Made by a program: the position numbers and the translations under genes. A stretch of 64,000 nt of DNA from an uncultured Chloroflexia bacterium (lineage in GTDB: Bacteria; Chloroflexota; Anaerolineae; Anaerolineales; E44-bin32). Below the pieces are notes generated by a model, which saw nothing but the letters and a program-made list of their open reading frames with translations, did not search any database and was not told the origin of the DNA. The stretch is taken from contig CAVZPO010000027.1 in the NCBI GenBank assembly GCA_963777165.1, positions 22,209-86,208 on the forward strand. Direction: 5' to 3'. Shown in pieces: positions 50,311 to 60,017 of the stretch (positions within the stretch are counted from its first letter, which is position 1; the number at the start of each line of letters is the position of its first letter).

Positions 50311-51003
50311 TTGCGCCACATTTCCATTCAGGCCAACGCTCTGACGCGCACCTATCGCCGGGGCTCCGAAGACGTGCATGCCCTAATGGATGTGACGCTT
50401 GCGATCCCGCCGTCCGCCTTTGCCGTCGTCCTCGGGCCCAGCGGCAGCGGCAAGTCCACGCTGCTCAATCTCATGGGGGGTATCGACCGGCCGACGAGCG
50501 GGCACCTGAGGGTCGATGGCCTCGAGCTCCACACCTTGACCGAGCGGCAACTCGACGGCTACCGCCGGGACTACGTCGGCTTCGTCTTCCAGTTCAACAA
50601 CCTGCTCCCCAACCTGGACGCGCTGGAGAATGTTGCCTTGCCGCTGATCGCCCAGGGACGCAGTTGGGCCCAAGCGAGGGATGAGGCCAGGACGCAGCTG
50701 GCGGCGCTCGGCCTGGGCAGCCGGGCAAGCCATCGGCCGGAGGAGCTTTCGGGGGGCGAGCAGCAGCGCGTGGCCCTGGCTCGGGCTGTTGTTTCCAGGC
50801 CGGCCCTGGTCCTGGCGGATGAGCCGACCGGCGACCTTGACCTCGAATTGGCCGAGATCGTGCTCGACCTGATGTCGTCCCTCAATCGTGATCTGGGCGC
50901 GACCTTCGTGATCGCCACCCACAATCCGCGGCTGGTGTCGCGTGCGACGCAAGTGATCGAACTCACCAATGGACGGATGACTCCCCCGGCGACGCAGGCA
51001 TGA
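50311..51003 (+). CDS. ABC transporter ATP-binding protein (MacB/LolD/FtsE-like)
   Basis: ORF 50311..51003: GPSGSGKSTLLNLMGGIDRPTSG...LSGGEQQRVALARA...LVLADEPTGDLD. Confidence 0.9.
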   Translation: MRHISIQANALTRTYRRGSEDVHALMDVTLAIPPSAFAVVLGPSGSGKSTLLNLMGGIDRPTSGHLRVDGLELHTLTERQLDGYRRDYVGFVFQFNNLLPNLDALENVALPLIAQGRSWAQARDEARTQLAALGLGSRASHRPEELSGGEQQRVALARAVVSRPALVLADEPTGDLDLELAEIVLDLMSSLNRDLGATFVIATHNPRLVSRATQVIELTNGRMTPPATQA

Positions 51004-52140
51004 TCCATCTGGCGCTTCAGGACCTCCGCCACGACCTGCTCACCTTCGGGTTCAGTGTGCTTGGCACCGGGGTCCTGGTCTTCGCCTTCCTGCTCCTGAT
51101 CCCGCTTTCTCTGGCGGTCACCCGCATCGGCGAGGCGGGGGGCCTGCCCCAGAATCTGATCCTCATTGAACGGGATGCCCTGCAGCCCGAGCAAAGCAGG
51201 ATCGCTCCCAGCCTGGCGGAGAGCGTGTCTGCCATCCTCGGCGACCGCCTGGACCGCGTCGACCCGGTGATCTTCCGCATCATGCGCGTGGAGGAGCCAT
51301 CCGATCCAGCTGCGCGGCGTCGCCTTCGAGTCGTGGGTGACTACGTTTCGCCTGCGGCTCCTCGAAGGAGCATGGCCATCCAGCTCCTCTGAAGTCGTGG
51401 TCGGTCAGCTGGCAGCCCAGGGCGGCGGCTGGCAGACCGGAAGCGAAATCAGCATCTATGGCCGGCGCTTTCGAGTCGCCGGCATTGCCGACGGGCCGGG
51501 GACCAAGACGCAGACGATCTGGATGTCTTACTCGGCCGCCAGCGCGCTCTTCGGCCGGGAGAAGGGCGCCCAACTCCTCGTGGCCCATCTGCAACCGTCG
51601 GCGGATCCGCTTGTTTCCAGGCAAGACCTGGAGGATGGGCTCCGGTCGATCGGAGCCGAGTACGATGCTTACTTCGAAGACGCCCTCCTGCGCGAGTATG
51701 GCGCGGCGCTGAACGATCTCCGTTCGCTGGCGCTCTTGACGGCGGTCATCGCCATCGCCGCGGTGACTGTCGGATCGCACAATCTGGCCTGGCTCGCGGC
51801 CGAGGAGAGGATGCGCTTGCTCGGCGTTCTGCGTGCGGTTGGATTCGACCGCCGAGCCGTCGGCCGATACCTCCTCTTCCGCGCCGGAGTGATCTCCGTG
51901 GCCTCGTACCTCCTTGCTCTGGCAGCGGCGATCCTCTTCATCCGGTTGGGGGCTGGGCCGAAGGACCTCGCCATCGGAGGAACCCAGACCGACTTGAGTT
52001 CGAGTTCGGCCATGGCCGTGCTGGGTCTGCTTCTAGCGTGCGCCGCAAGCCTTGCGGGGACCTGGCTGTCGGCACGCCATATCCTGAGAGCCTCTCCGGC
52101 ATCCTTGCTAGGGAGAGGACCGGGGAGCAGCTTCGCGTGA
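51000..52140 (+). CDS. FtsX-like ABC permease, with one frame break near 51300-51340
   Basis: ORF 51000..51392 (MIHLALQDLRHDLLTFGFSVLGTGVLVFAFLLL...) joins ORF 51337..52140 (...RLLEGAWPSSSSEVVVG...ERMRLLGVLRAVGFDRRAVGRYLLFRAG...). Confidence 0.8.
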
Positions 52141-53228
52141 GCGTAGCCGCGTGGCTTGCGCTGCGTGATCTCTCCGTCCACCGGCGCCAGGCCATCGCGC
52201 TGGGGATGGTGTTCGCGATGGCCGTCACGGCCTTCGTAGCACTGGGCAGCTACCGGCTGACGCTCTTGAGGGATTATCGGCCGGCGCGGGAAGACCAACT
52301 CGTGATCCAGGAGACCCAGTCGTTCGCCGAGTTCTACGGCAGCCGGCTCTCCCCCGAGATCGCGGTCGTGCTCGAAGACCTCGGTTTTCCCGGGGCCGTG
52401 GCGGAGATCCACGCCATCGTGGGGACATCGTTGGAGAATGCCGTGCTTCTCAAGGGTGTCGACCTGGCGCGCTACCCAGAACTGGACTCCTATGTCATCC
52501 GCGCCGGCCGAGGACTCGAACCTGGCGATCCTCCACGTCGAGCGATGATCGGTACACGTCTGGCAGAACGGCTGGAGGCCGCGCCGGGGGACACGATCCA
52601 GTTGCGCGGGCGGCCCTTCGAAGTGATCGGCGTTTTCGAGACCGACTCGTACACGGAGAACGAGGCCTGGGTTCCGCTGGCTGGGGCGCAAGAGCTGCTC
52701 GGTTGGGGTCAGGACGTCTCCCTGTATGTCGTCACGGACGATGGCCGGTTGACACCGGGGCAACAACTCCTCGACGGCGTGTCGGTCGTCCGCCGGGGTG
52801 AGTTGTGGTCGACGTTCCCGCGGCAGTGGGATGGTCTGATGGCCCTGATCGGCACCGTGACGCAGGCGATCGGGCTGGCGGCCGCCTTCTCCCTCGCCGC
52901 CATGTTGTGGAGGCTCGCCTGGAGGAGGAGGCGGCAGATCGCCGTCCTGCGCAGCCTGGGTTTCAGCCGGACCGTCTTTGCGATCTACCTGGCCGTGCAA
53001 GGCGCTTCGGTCGCATTCACTGGTGGGGCGTGCGGCGTCCTGGCTGCGCTGGCGCTTCTTCGGTGGGTGCGACCCACGCTGGCGGGCGTCAGTCTCCGCC
53101 CGCACCTCACGCCAGATCTGTTGATATCGACCGGTGTCTGGTTGGGATTTCTAACCCTGCTGAGCGTCGTGGTCCCCGTCTGGGCGTTGGGCCGCAGACG
53201 CGTTGCCGAGCTCATGATCGGCGAATGA
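52137..53228 (+). CDS. FtsX-like ABC permease (second)
   Basis: ORF 52038..53228. GTG at 52137 overlaps the upstream stop. Sequence: VSVAAWLALRDLSVHRRQAIALGMVFAM...RRQIAVLRSLGFSRTVFAIYLAVQG. Confidence 0.8.
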   Translation: MSVAAWLALRDLSVHRRQAIALGMVFAMAVTAFVALGSYRLTLLRDYRPAREDQLVIQETQSFAEFYGSRLSPEIAVVLEDLGFPGAVAEIHAIVGTSLENAVLLKGVDLARYPELDSYVIRAGRGLEPGDPPRRAMIGTRLAERLEAAPGDTIQLRGRPFEVIGVFETDSYTENEAWVPLAGAQELLGWGQDVSLYVVTDDGRLTPGQQLLDGVSVVRRGELWSTFPRQWDGLMALIGTVTQAIGLAAAFSLAAMLWRLAWRRRRQIAVLRSLGFSRTVFAIYLAVQGASVAFTGGACGVLAALALLRWVRPTLAGVSLRPHLTPDLLISTGVWLGFLTLLSVVVPVWALGRRRVAELMIGE

Positions 53229-53268
53229 GGGGGCTCCCCCCTCTGCTCTCTGACTCTATGGAGGAACG

Positions 53269-54058
53269 ATGATGTCGAGAAGAAGTATTGTCGGTCTCGG
53301 GCTGCTCGTATTGATCGTGGGGAGCGCCTGTGGGATCAGTTCACAGGGCGGCACGCCGGCCGCAGGGGAGGGTGAAACACCGACCGCGGAGCCAACGACC
53401 GAGGCGCCCATGTTGCCGGTCTCCATCAATGAAGGCCTCGCCAGCCTTGACAGCTACCGCATGACCTACACCACCGATGCGTTCGATTCGGTCACTCAGG
53501 AACGGAGCGTGATCACCTTCGTGGTGGCCCGCGACGCCAATGCGGACGCCAGCTACAACCGCACGGAGACGCGGGTGACGGGCGAGGCAGACGAAGTCGT
53601 TTCCGACGACGTCCAGGAGCAGTACATGATCGGCAATCAGGTGTGCCAGGTCGCAGGCGGTGAAGCGGAATTGACGACGATGAGCGACCCGGCCCGGGTG
53701 ATGTCGGACCTGATGTCCCGGGTCGTCGTCTTCAAACCCCTGATCGAGAACCCGGTGTACGTCGGACAGGATGTTCTCAGCGGGGTGCCCGTTCGCACTT
53801 ACACCTTCGAGGTGCGGAGCCTGGGTGTCGACTCGGGGGTGGAGGTGGCCCGCGCCGATGGCGAGTATGCCGTCGCCGCCGATGGCAATTACCTGGTGCA
53901 CTACAGGCTGGATATGGAGCTGCGCACGGCCGCCGAGGGAGATCCCGAGGCCGAGTTCGAACGTCTTTTCCATCGAGGCTTCCCTCGAGGAGATCAACCA
54001 GCCCGTGGAAATCACGTTCCCTCCAAACTGCCAGGCGGCCGAATCCTCCGGGGGGTGA
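53269..54058 (+). CDS. Lipoprotein of unknown function adjacent to the ABC system, with one frame break near 53960
   Basis: ORF 53269..54105: signal/lipobox MMSRRSIVGLGLLVLIVGSACG. The natural C-terminus ...VFSIEASLEEINQPVEITFPPNCQAAESSGG* is in the frame of ORF 53771..54058. Confidence 0.6.
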
Positions 54059-54101
54059 TGTCGGTCCGGATCGAATCGCGGCGGGCGCGCCGTCCTCGGT
54101 C

Positions 54102-54437
54102 GTGACCGGCCGATCTCGGCTGCGGATCACTGTTCTGACGCTGGGTTCCCGCGGGGACGTGGAGCCGTATCTCGGCCTGGGGGTCGCCCTGGTGCGGGCC
54201 GGCCACCAGATAACCGTGGCCGCACCGGCCGCTTTCGAGGCGCTCATTCGGCGGGCGGAGGGCCGCCTCCCAATCCCGCGTGGCTCCCTGCCTTCGGAGC
54301 GGCCGGTTCCGGCGATCGATGAGGCGCTGAACGATTCGAGAATCGCCGAACGGGCGGCCTTGCTAGGGTCTCAAATTCGCGCCGAGACAGGCTTGTCGAC
54401 GGCTGTCCGCCTGATCGAGGCCACCAGCCTGTCATGA
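54102..54437 (+). pseudogene. Glycosyltransferase (GT1/MGT-like) remnant with an internal deletion
   Basis: ORF 54102..54437 (111 aa). The N-terminus RITVLTLGSRGDVEPYLGLGVALVRAGHQITVAAPAAFEALI runs almost directly into a C-terminal-type tail (...RIAERAALLGSQIRAETGLSTAVRLIE). Family members I know are about 400 aa. Confidence 0.5.
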
Positions 54438-54549
54438 TTCATGCTGGGATCCGCTCGGCCCGACCCCCGAAAGGCCGAGAGGCGGTGGGCCCCCGGCGGG
54501 GTTATAAGTAGTCGTCAGGCATGATGAGCAGTACCGAAAGCGAGGCCCG

Positions 54550-55815
54550 ATGAGCGAGAGAGTGGACGCAGAAGACGCTAAGCCTCAGGCAGCTCCTTTC
54601 TTCGAGCAGCCCCGCGTCGAACAGGCGATCATCCCCGTTGGCCAGGGGATTGCGATCGGGCTGGAGCGCGTGTCCAGCCGCGAGTTGGGGATCGGGGGGG
54701 CGTACGGCACGTGGGGCACCGGCTACGACAACCTGGCCTTGCGAAGCTTCATCGAGAAGCGCCTCGGCGAGACGATGAGAGACGACGAAGTCCTCAATCT
54801 GGCGGAGCTGGGTTTCGTCGGCCGGTATCACCTGCCCGACCTCTCGGACGCGGACCACCTCGAGGTGGAGCTCGAGGTCGGCGCCCGCCTGCTGCGCGAG
54901 GCCGCCCGAAGCAGCGGCTGGAACCCGTCCGAGGTGGAGGGGGTGCTGATCGGGATGAGCGGGCCCGTCGCAGTTGACTACGTCGCCCAGATCGCCCAGC
55001 GGGCCGGCATCCCGGACGCTGCCCTCAAGGTCAGCGTCCACAAGGCCTGCGACGGATCGATGGGCGCCCTGCACCTGGCGCTCAACCCGAATCTGGCCGT
55101 ACCCGGACATCGGAACATCGCCCGCGAACTTCAAGGCAAGAAGGTCCTGGTCGGCGGGATCGAAGGGTTGAGCCGGTTCACCAGCCACGCTCGGGACAAG
55201 AACGCGCTGCAGTTGTTCGGCAACGGCGCCGGCGTGATCGGGGTGATCCCCGGGAAGACGATGACCTTCCTGGTGGGCAAGAGCCATGAGGCGTTCGACA
55301 CGGAGGGCCTGCTCGAGGTGCGGATGTACTACCCCTACTCCGGCCCCAAGGAAACGGGGCAGTCGCGGGTGGAGGTGTCGGAGCCGGCGCCCGATCAAGT
55401 GCGCGTCGCCGGGATGATGCACGAGCCCGAGGACGGCAGTCCGGTGGTGATGGCCGGATTGATGGGCATGGTCAAGCTGTTCGTGCGCAACGGCGTCCAG
55501 GTGGTGTCGGACGTCGTGCGCGAGTACCAGGAATTGATGCGCAGCCGCGGCACGCCCGACAAGTCGATCGCCGTGGCCATCGTGCACCACGCCAATTACA
55601 AGATCAACCTGCTCAAGCAGAAGCACCTGAACAAGGAAGGCATCCGCTTCCCGATGCCGTGGCTGCTCAGCGAGTTCGGCAACGTCAGCGCCGCCTCGAA
55701 CATGATCGCTTTCCTTCGCCAGCTCCCTAAGATCCATTCGGGCGACCATGTGCTTTTCGATGGCTTCGGCGCCGGGACATACTACGACGTGCTGGCCGTG
55801 GCCATGGGGACCTAG
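54550..55815 (+). CDS. KAS III (FabH)-like thiolase-fold condensing enzyme, atypically long
   Basis: ORF 54550..55815, intact, 421 aa. Candidate Cys-His-Asn triad: VHKACDGSMGAL, IVHHANYKIN, FGNVSAAS. Confidence 0.7.
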   Translation: MSERVDAEDAKPQAAPFFEQPRVEQAIIPVGQGIAIGLERVSSRELGIGGAYGTWGTGYDNLALRSFIEKRLGETMRDDEVLNLAELGFVGRYHLPDLSDADHLEVELEVGARLLREAARSSGWNPSEVEGVLIGMSGPVAVDYVAQIAQRAGIPDAALKVSVHKACDGSMGALHLALNPNLAVPGHRNIARELQGKKVLVGGIEGLSRFTSHARDKNALQLFGNGAGVIGVIPGKTMTFLVGKSHEAFDTEGLLEVRMYYPYSGPKETGQSRVEVSEPAPDQVRVAGMMHEPEDGSPVVMAGLMGMVKLFVRNGVQVVSDVVREYQELMRSRGTPDKSIAVAIVHHANYKINLLKQKHLNKEGIRFPMPWLLSEFGNVSAASNMIAFLRQLPKIHSGDHVLFDGFGAGTYYDVLAVAMGT

Positions 55816-55962
55816 CCGCAAGTTCCATTGCGACCCGCGGGCTGGATGAAACGAGAACGCCGGAGGTTGATCTCCGGCGTTCCGATTCGTTTGGTCCCAC
55901 GGATGGAGCCCCGCAGCCGGTCGGCCTGCGCGGGCTGTTGCCGGAGCCGCGAAAGGGATCCG

Positions 55963-56694
55963 CTACATCGACGGTACTGGGGCGTCCGCCTGCTCCGAGC
56001 GGGTGGCTGCTTCCAGCGGCAGGGAGGACAGCAATCCCTTCAGCCTTGGATGATCGGCGTAGGCTCCGTGGCGCTCGGGAGGCAGCAGCGCCGCGATCCG
56101 GCACATGATCTCGTCGTCATACGCGGCGAGCTGCGCGGCCTGGTCGAGCCCGGGGCTGGCCGTGAGCCGGAACGGCTTGCCAAAGCGTACGACGACGTTC
56201 ACGCGTTGCAGTCTGCGCAGCCGGGCTTTTACGGCTGCGTCCTCCGTGCCGAGGATCGCCGTCGGCACGATGGGGGCCCCGGACTTGGCGGCCAGAAAGC
56301 CGGCGCCCGACCTCGCCTTCATCAGCGCCCCACTTGGACTGCGCGTCCCCTCCGGTGCAATCACCAGCGCTCCGCCTTGTTTCAACCGGCGGAGGCAGGT
56401 CCGGATCGCCGTCAGGTCGGCGCCAAAGCGGTCGACCCACACGCCATCCAGTGCCGCGGTCAGCCAACGGAAGATCGCCACTTCGCGGTACTTCTCGGCC
56501 ACGAGCATGATGATGTCGTCGCGGTCGACCAGACAGTACACCAGCCCGGGGTCCAGGCGCCCGATGTGATTGGTCACGGCGACGATTCCGCCCGCCGGTG
56601 GGATGTTGTCTTCGCCGATCACCTGGATGCGGGTGAGCAGCTGGTAGAGCAGGCGGATCACAAACCGGGCGATCTTGAAGGTCATCAACCTCAC
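55963..56694 (-). CDS. plsC: 1-acyl-sn-glycerol-3-phosphate acyltransferase family
   Basis: ORF 55963..56694(-): NHIGRLD (HX4D) and VIAPEGTRS motifs. Confidence 0.85.
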   Translation of the reverse strand: MRLMTFKIARFVIRLLYQLLTRIQVIGEDNIPPAGGIVAVTNHIGRLDPGLVYCLVDRDDIIMLVAEKYREVAIFRWLTAALDGVWVDRFGADLTAIRTCLRRLKQGGALVIAPEGTRSPSGALMKARSGAGFLAAKSGAPIVPTAILGTEDAAVKARLRRLQRVNVVVRFGKPFRLTASPGLDQAAQLAAYDDEIMCRIAALLPPERHGAYADHPRLKGLLSSLPLEAATRSEQADAPVPSM

Positions 56695-56874
56695 CCCGGG
56701 CCGCGGGCACGCCTATCTGGCGGGTAAGTCTAGTCGAGAGTCTGCGCTCCGGCAGCGCGCCCGTCGTGCCTCGATTGTACCTGGCGTCCACCGGTCCAAA
56801 GGCGTAAACTCTTCTTCTTGGGTCTCTTTAGTCATGGAGCCACCGGGCCCGCATGGCTTTGGTGGAGGGCGAAG

Positions 56875-58767
56875 ATGAGCATCGCGAACAGCGCTCTGGC
56901 GGCGTCGCTAGCCTTCGCGTCCTTCTTCACGTCGGCCGCACCGCTGCCTGCTCCCGTCTCGGCCGCACAGCTCCTGGTCCTCGGCGAGGGCGGAATGCCC
57001 CTGACCCGACTGACGGACGGCGACGTGGTTCAGCTCCAACTGACGCTTCCGGAACCGTCGAGCCAGGCCGTCCCGGTCGTCTTCTCGCTCGAAGGCAGCG
57101 ACCAACCCCTGGTGGGATGCACGATCCTCCAAGGCTCTCCGGCCTGCATGTCCGAGCCGTTCGCGACCCTGGGTTGGTACTGGCGGCCAGACGGGGCTCC
57201 CTCCCCCCGCCGTTCGATCGTCGCCGGGCTGACCTCCGGCGGTGACGTACTCGCCGCAGCCACGATTGAGATTGCCCCCCGCCCGGTCGTCATGGTCCAC
57301 GGCTTCTCGTCCACGTGGGAGGCCTGGGTTAACTACCTCGGGCCCTCGGGCTTTCTGGCCGCCGATGGACTCTCCGGCTTCGCCGTCGGGGACGGTCAGG
57401 TGCCGGGCAGCATGAACACGGGTAACCTGGCCGCTCCTGCCGAGCGCACCAACACGATCGCCGAGAACGCCGCCATCCTCGGCGAGTATATCGACGGCGT
57501 CCGGCGGGCGACCGGCGCCCGATCCGTGGACCTGATGGCCCACAGCATGGGCGGGCTGATCTCGCGCTACTACATCGACCGCGTGATGACGGACGGTGAG
57601 GTGTCGCAGCTGATCATGCTCGGCTCGCCGATGGCCGGCACGGACTGCGCCAACCTGCCTGCAGCACTTGGTCTCTACCTCCCGGCGACGCTCGAGCTCC
57701 GCCCGAGTTACGTGCGCCAGGTGTTCGACCCACAGATCCGCCAACGCCACGGCGTGCCGTTTCGAGCGCTGGCCGGCGTCCCGATCGTCGAGGGCTTCAA
57801 GTCCCCTTGCACGTCGGTGCCCAGCGACCTGGCCGTCTCGCTCGAGAGCGTGACGGCTATTCCAGTTCAATCGAGGCAGTTGGCGGTCCTGCATATGAAC
57901 CTGAACCTCTCGGCACAGGTCTACCAGGAGTTCGTCCGGCCGCTGTTGCAGACTCCCTTCGGCGGGTTCACGCCGGAAGCCGATCCACCTCCTGCGGCCG
58001 AGTCGGGTGGGACGCTGCAGTTCTCCCGCGTCTACACGGGCCACGTCGAGAGCGGGGCAAGCCAGGTGGTCACCATTCCACTCGATCCCGGGCTGACCGT
58101 CGCCAGCTTCGCCCTGTACGACACGACCCGCTCGCTGGCCGTGGCCGTCACCGGAGCCAGCGGGAAGACGATCGACTTGAGCGCCGAGGCGAACGGGTTG
58201 ATCGTGGTGGATGATCCGACCGCGCTGCTCTACTTGGGGTACGGCTTCGAGAATCCCAAGCCGGGGTTGTGGCGCGTCGAGCTGCGATCGTCCGAGCGGA
58301 CCCCCGCGCAGGGCGCCGACTATGCTCTGGCCGCTCGCTTCGCCGGCGGCGCAGAGCTGGCCGCGTCGCTTAGCTCGCTGCTTCCGCAGATCGGGGACAC
58401 GGTCGGCCTGACCGCCGGCCTCAGTCTGCAGGGAGCCGATCTTGGTCTGTCCGGCGCGCAGGCGTCGGTACGGGCGCCGGACGGGCAGATGCAGATCCTT
58501 GATCTGTCCGTCACCGGCGGTCAAGCCCATGGAGAGCTGCAGGCGACGATGGCCGGCCTGTACGGAATCGATCTGAGCGTGATGGGTACGGCCGCCGACG
58601 GCACGCCCGTCGAACGGACTTCGTTCCTGGCCTTCGAAGCGCAGCCAAAGGGCGGCGCCGCACGCGCGCCGGCAGGCTGGATGGGAGTAGGCCTCGGGGC
58701 CACCGTCTTCCTGGCACTGATCCTCGTGGCGGTTGCCCGGCGACGGCGTAAGGCCAAGGCGGCTTAG
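56875..58767 (+). CDS. Secreted, C-terminally membrane-anchored alpha/beta-hydrolase (lipase/PGAP1-like) with a large beta-rich C-terminal region
   Basis: ORF 56818..58767, signal from Met at 56875 (MSIANSALAASLAFASFFTSAAP). Sequence: VVMVHGFSSTWEAW...VDLMAHSMGGLISRYY (GxSxG). C-terminal TM GVGLGATVFLALILVAVARRRRK. Confidence 0.75.
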   Translation: MSIANSALAASLAFASFFTSAAPLPAPVSAAQLLVLGEGGMPLTRLTDGDVVQLQLTLPEPSSQAVPVVFSLEGSDQPLVGCTILQGSPACMSEPFATLGWYWRPDGAPSPRRSIVAGLTSGGDVLAAATIEIAPRPVVMVHGFSSTWEAWVNYLGPSGFLAADGLSGFAVGDGQVPGSMNTGNLAAPAERTNTIAENAAILGEYIDGVRRATGARSVDLMAHSMGGLISRYYIDRVMTDGEVSQLIMLGSPMAGTDCANLPAALGLYLPATLELRPSYVRQVFDPQIRQRHGVPFRALAGVPIVEGFKSPCTSVPSDLAVSLESVTAIPVQSRQLAVLHMNLNLSAQVYQEFVRPLLQTPFGGFTPEADPPPAAESGGTLQFSRVYTGHVESGASQVVTIPLDPGLTVASFALYDTTRSLAVAVTGASGKTIDLSAEANGLIVVDDPTALLYLGYGFENPKPGLWRVELRSSERTPAQGADYALAARFAGGAELAASLSSLLPQIGDTVGLTAGLSLQGADLGLSGAQASVRAPDGQMQILDLSVTGGQAHGELQATMAGLYGIDLSVMGTAADGTPVERTSFLAFEAQPKGGAARAPAGWMGVGLGATVFLALILVAVARRRRKAKAA

Positions 58768-59089
58768 CTTCTTCAAACCCGGGTGAAAGCCCGCTCGGCG
58801 AGTCTCCGGCGTGCCGCGAGCAGCTTCGGGCCATCCCGGGTTCGAGTCTAGCGGCGCCTCGGGCCGGGCGTCCGCACCCCCGGCACGCCCCTCCACTCTA
58901 CGATCTCCCTAACGCGGACGAACGCAATCGTCGAGCGCCCCCCGACCACCTCGATCAGGGACTGCGGACTTAGGGCGATGCGTCGGAGCAGCCGCACCCA
59001 AAGGGAACGAAAGCCATCAGGGTCGCGGCGGCCGCCGCGACCCTGAATTCAGGTTTGTGGGAGGAAGTACGGTAGGGACGCGCCTGGCG

Positions 59090-59311
59090 TCAGGACTTCT
59101 TGCGCACCAGCCAGGCCTTGTAACCAAAGTACCAGATCGCGCACAGCGCGGCCGTGATGCCCCAGATGGGGAACCCCAGCTGGATGGCCTGCAGCCAGTT
59201 GCGGCTGGTGAACAGACCGATGTAGAGCGTGATCGCCGCCCATACGATGATGAACGTCCCCACCAGCCAGAAGCGCATCAACTTGAGCAGTTTCTCTTTC
59301 TCCGGCGTCAT
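59090..59311 (-). CDS. Small membrane protein (73 aa)
   Basis: In-frame tail of ORF 59090..59587(-) from Met at 59311, after GAAGGGAG: MTPEKEKLLKLMRFWLVGTFIIVWAAITLYIGLFTSRNWLQAIQLGFPIWGITAALCAIWYFGYKAWL. Confidence 0.6.
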   Translation of the reverse strand: MTPEKEKLLKLMRFWLVGTFIIVWAAITLYIGLFTSRNWLQAIQLGFPIWGITAALCAIWYFGYKAWLVRKKS

Positions 59312-59580
59312 GGCGAACTCCCTTCGCTGATCTGAGTGCCTCGTCCAGGTGCGGCCGGCGCATGGGGTCATCATGCGATCCCCCCGTTGCCGCGGCGCGA
59401 GCCGACGATCCGTCTGCGGCCGCGCACCGCTCCATGAGCATAGGCGATTGCGGGCCTTCGTGCAAGTTCGATGCCGGAGGCGCGCGTCCCTGGCAAGCCA
59501 GCATTCGCCAAACACGGGAATTCCATGCCGCCGCGATGGCTGCTCAGGGCGAGTCATCCCCCGAACCGACCCCCGACCCC

Positions 59581-59609
59581 TTGACACGTGGCTGCTTTCA
59601 TCGTAGAAT
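59581..59609 (+). promoter_or_regulatory. Near-consensus sigma-70-type promoter: TTGACA (59581-59586), 17-nt spacer, TAGAAT (59604-59609)
   Basis: Read directly. The GTG start of the ArsR gene lies only 15 nt downstream, implying a leaderless or very short-leader mRNA. Confidence 0.6.
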
Positions 59610-59623
59610 TACGATGAACCCTC

Positions 59624-59977
59624 GTGACCAAGTCGCCCGATCTCTCTCCCGACGAACGCCGCCTGGCCCGAATGCTCAAAGCGCTCGGGAGCCCCGTGCG
59701 CATGCAGTTGATCACCTACATGGCCGAGCACCCGACGTGCATGACGCGCCAGATCGTCGCCTCGACCCCGCTGGCGCAGTCGACGGTCAGCCAGCACCTC
59801 AAAGTCCTGCTCGATGCCGGGCTGATCCAGGGCGAGATCGAAGGCCCGGCAACCTGCTACTGCCTCGACCCAGACGGCTTCCACTGGCTCGACCAGCACC
59901 TGCAAGCCTGGATCCGGCGCCACGACCCCACCTTCGTGGTCTTCGAAACCACACCCCGCGCCGGCCAAAGGCGCTGA
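59624..59977 (+). CDS. ArsR/SmtB-family metalloregulator
   Basis: ORF 59624..59977: LARMLKALGSPVRMQLITYMAEHPTCMTRQIVASTPLAQSTVSQHLKVLLDAGLI. Confidence 0.9.
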   Translation: MTKSPDLSPDERRLARMLKALGSPVRMQLITYMAEHPTCMTRQIVASTPLAQSTVSQHLKVLLDAGLIQGEIEGPATCYCLDPDGFHWLDQHLQAWIRRHDPTFVVFETTPRAGQRR

Positions 59978-60017
59978 GCATGTCCAACCCCCCGCCTTGC
60001 GGCTCAGGAGACCCTGC

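Noticed and set aside
1-54058. Programmed ribosomal frameshifting or transcriptional slippage as the explanation for the many frame breaks.
   Set aside because: There are too many sites in unrelated housekeeping-type genes. No shared slippery heptamer or downstream pseudoknot is present, both +1 and -1 directions occur, and none are gene families known to use recoding.
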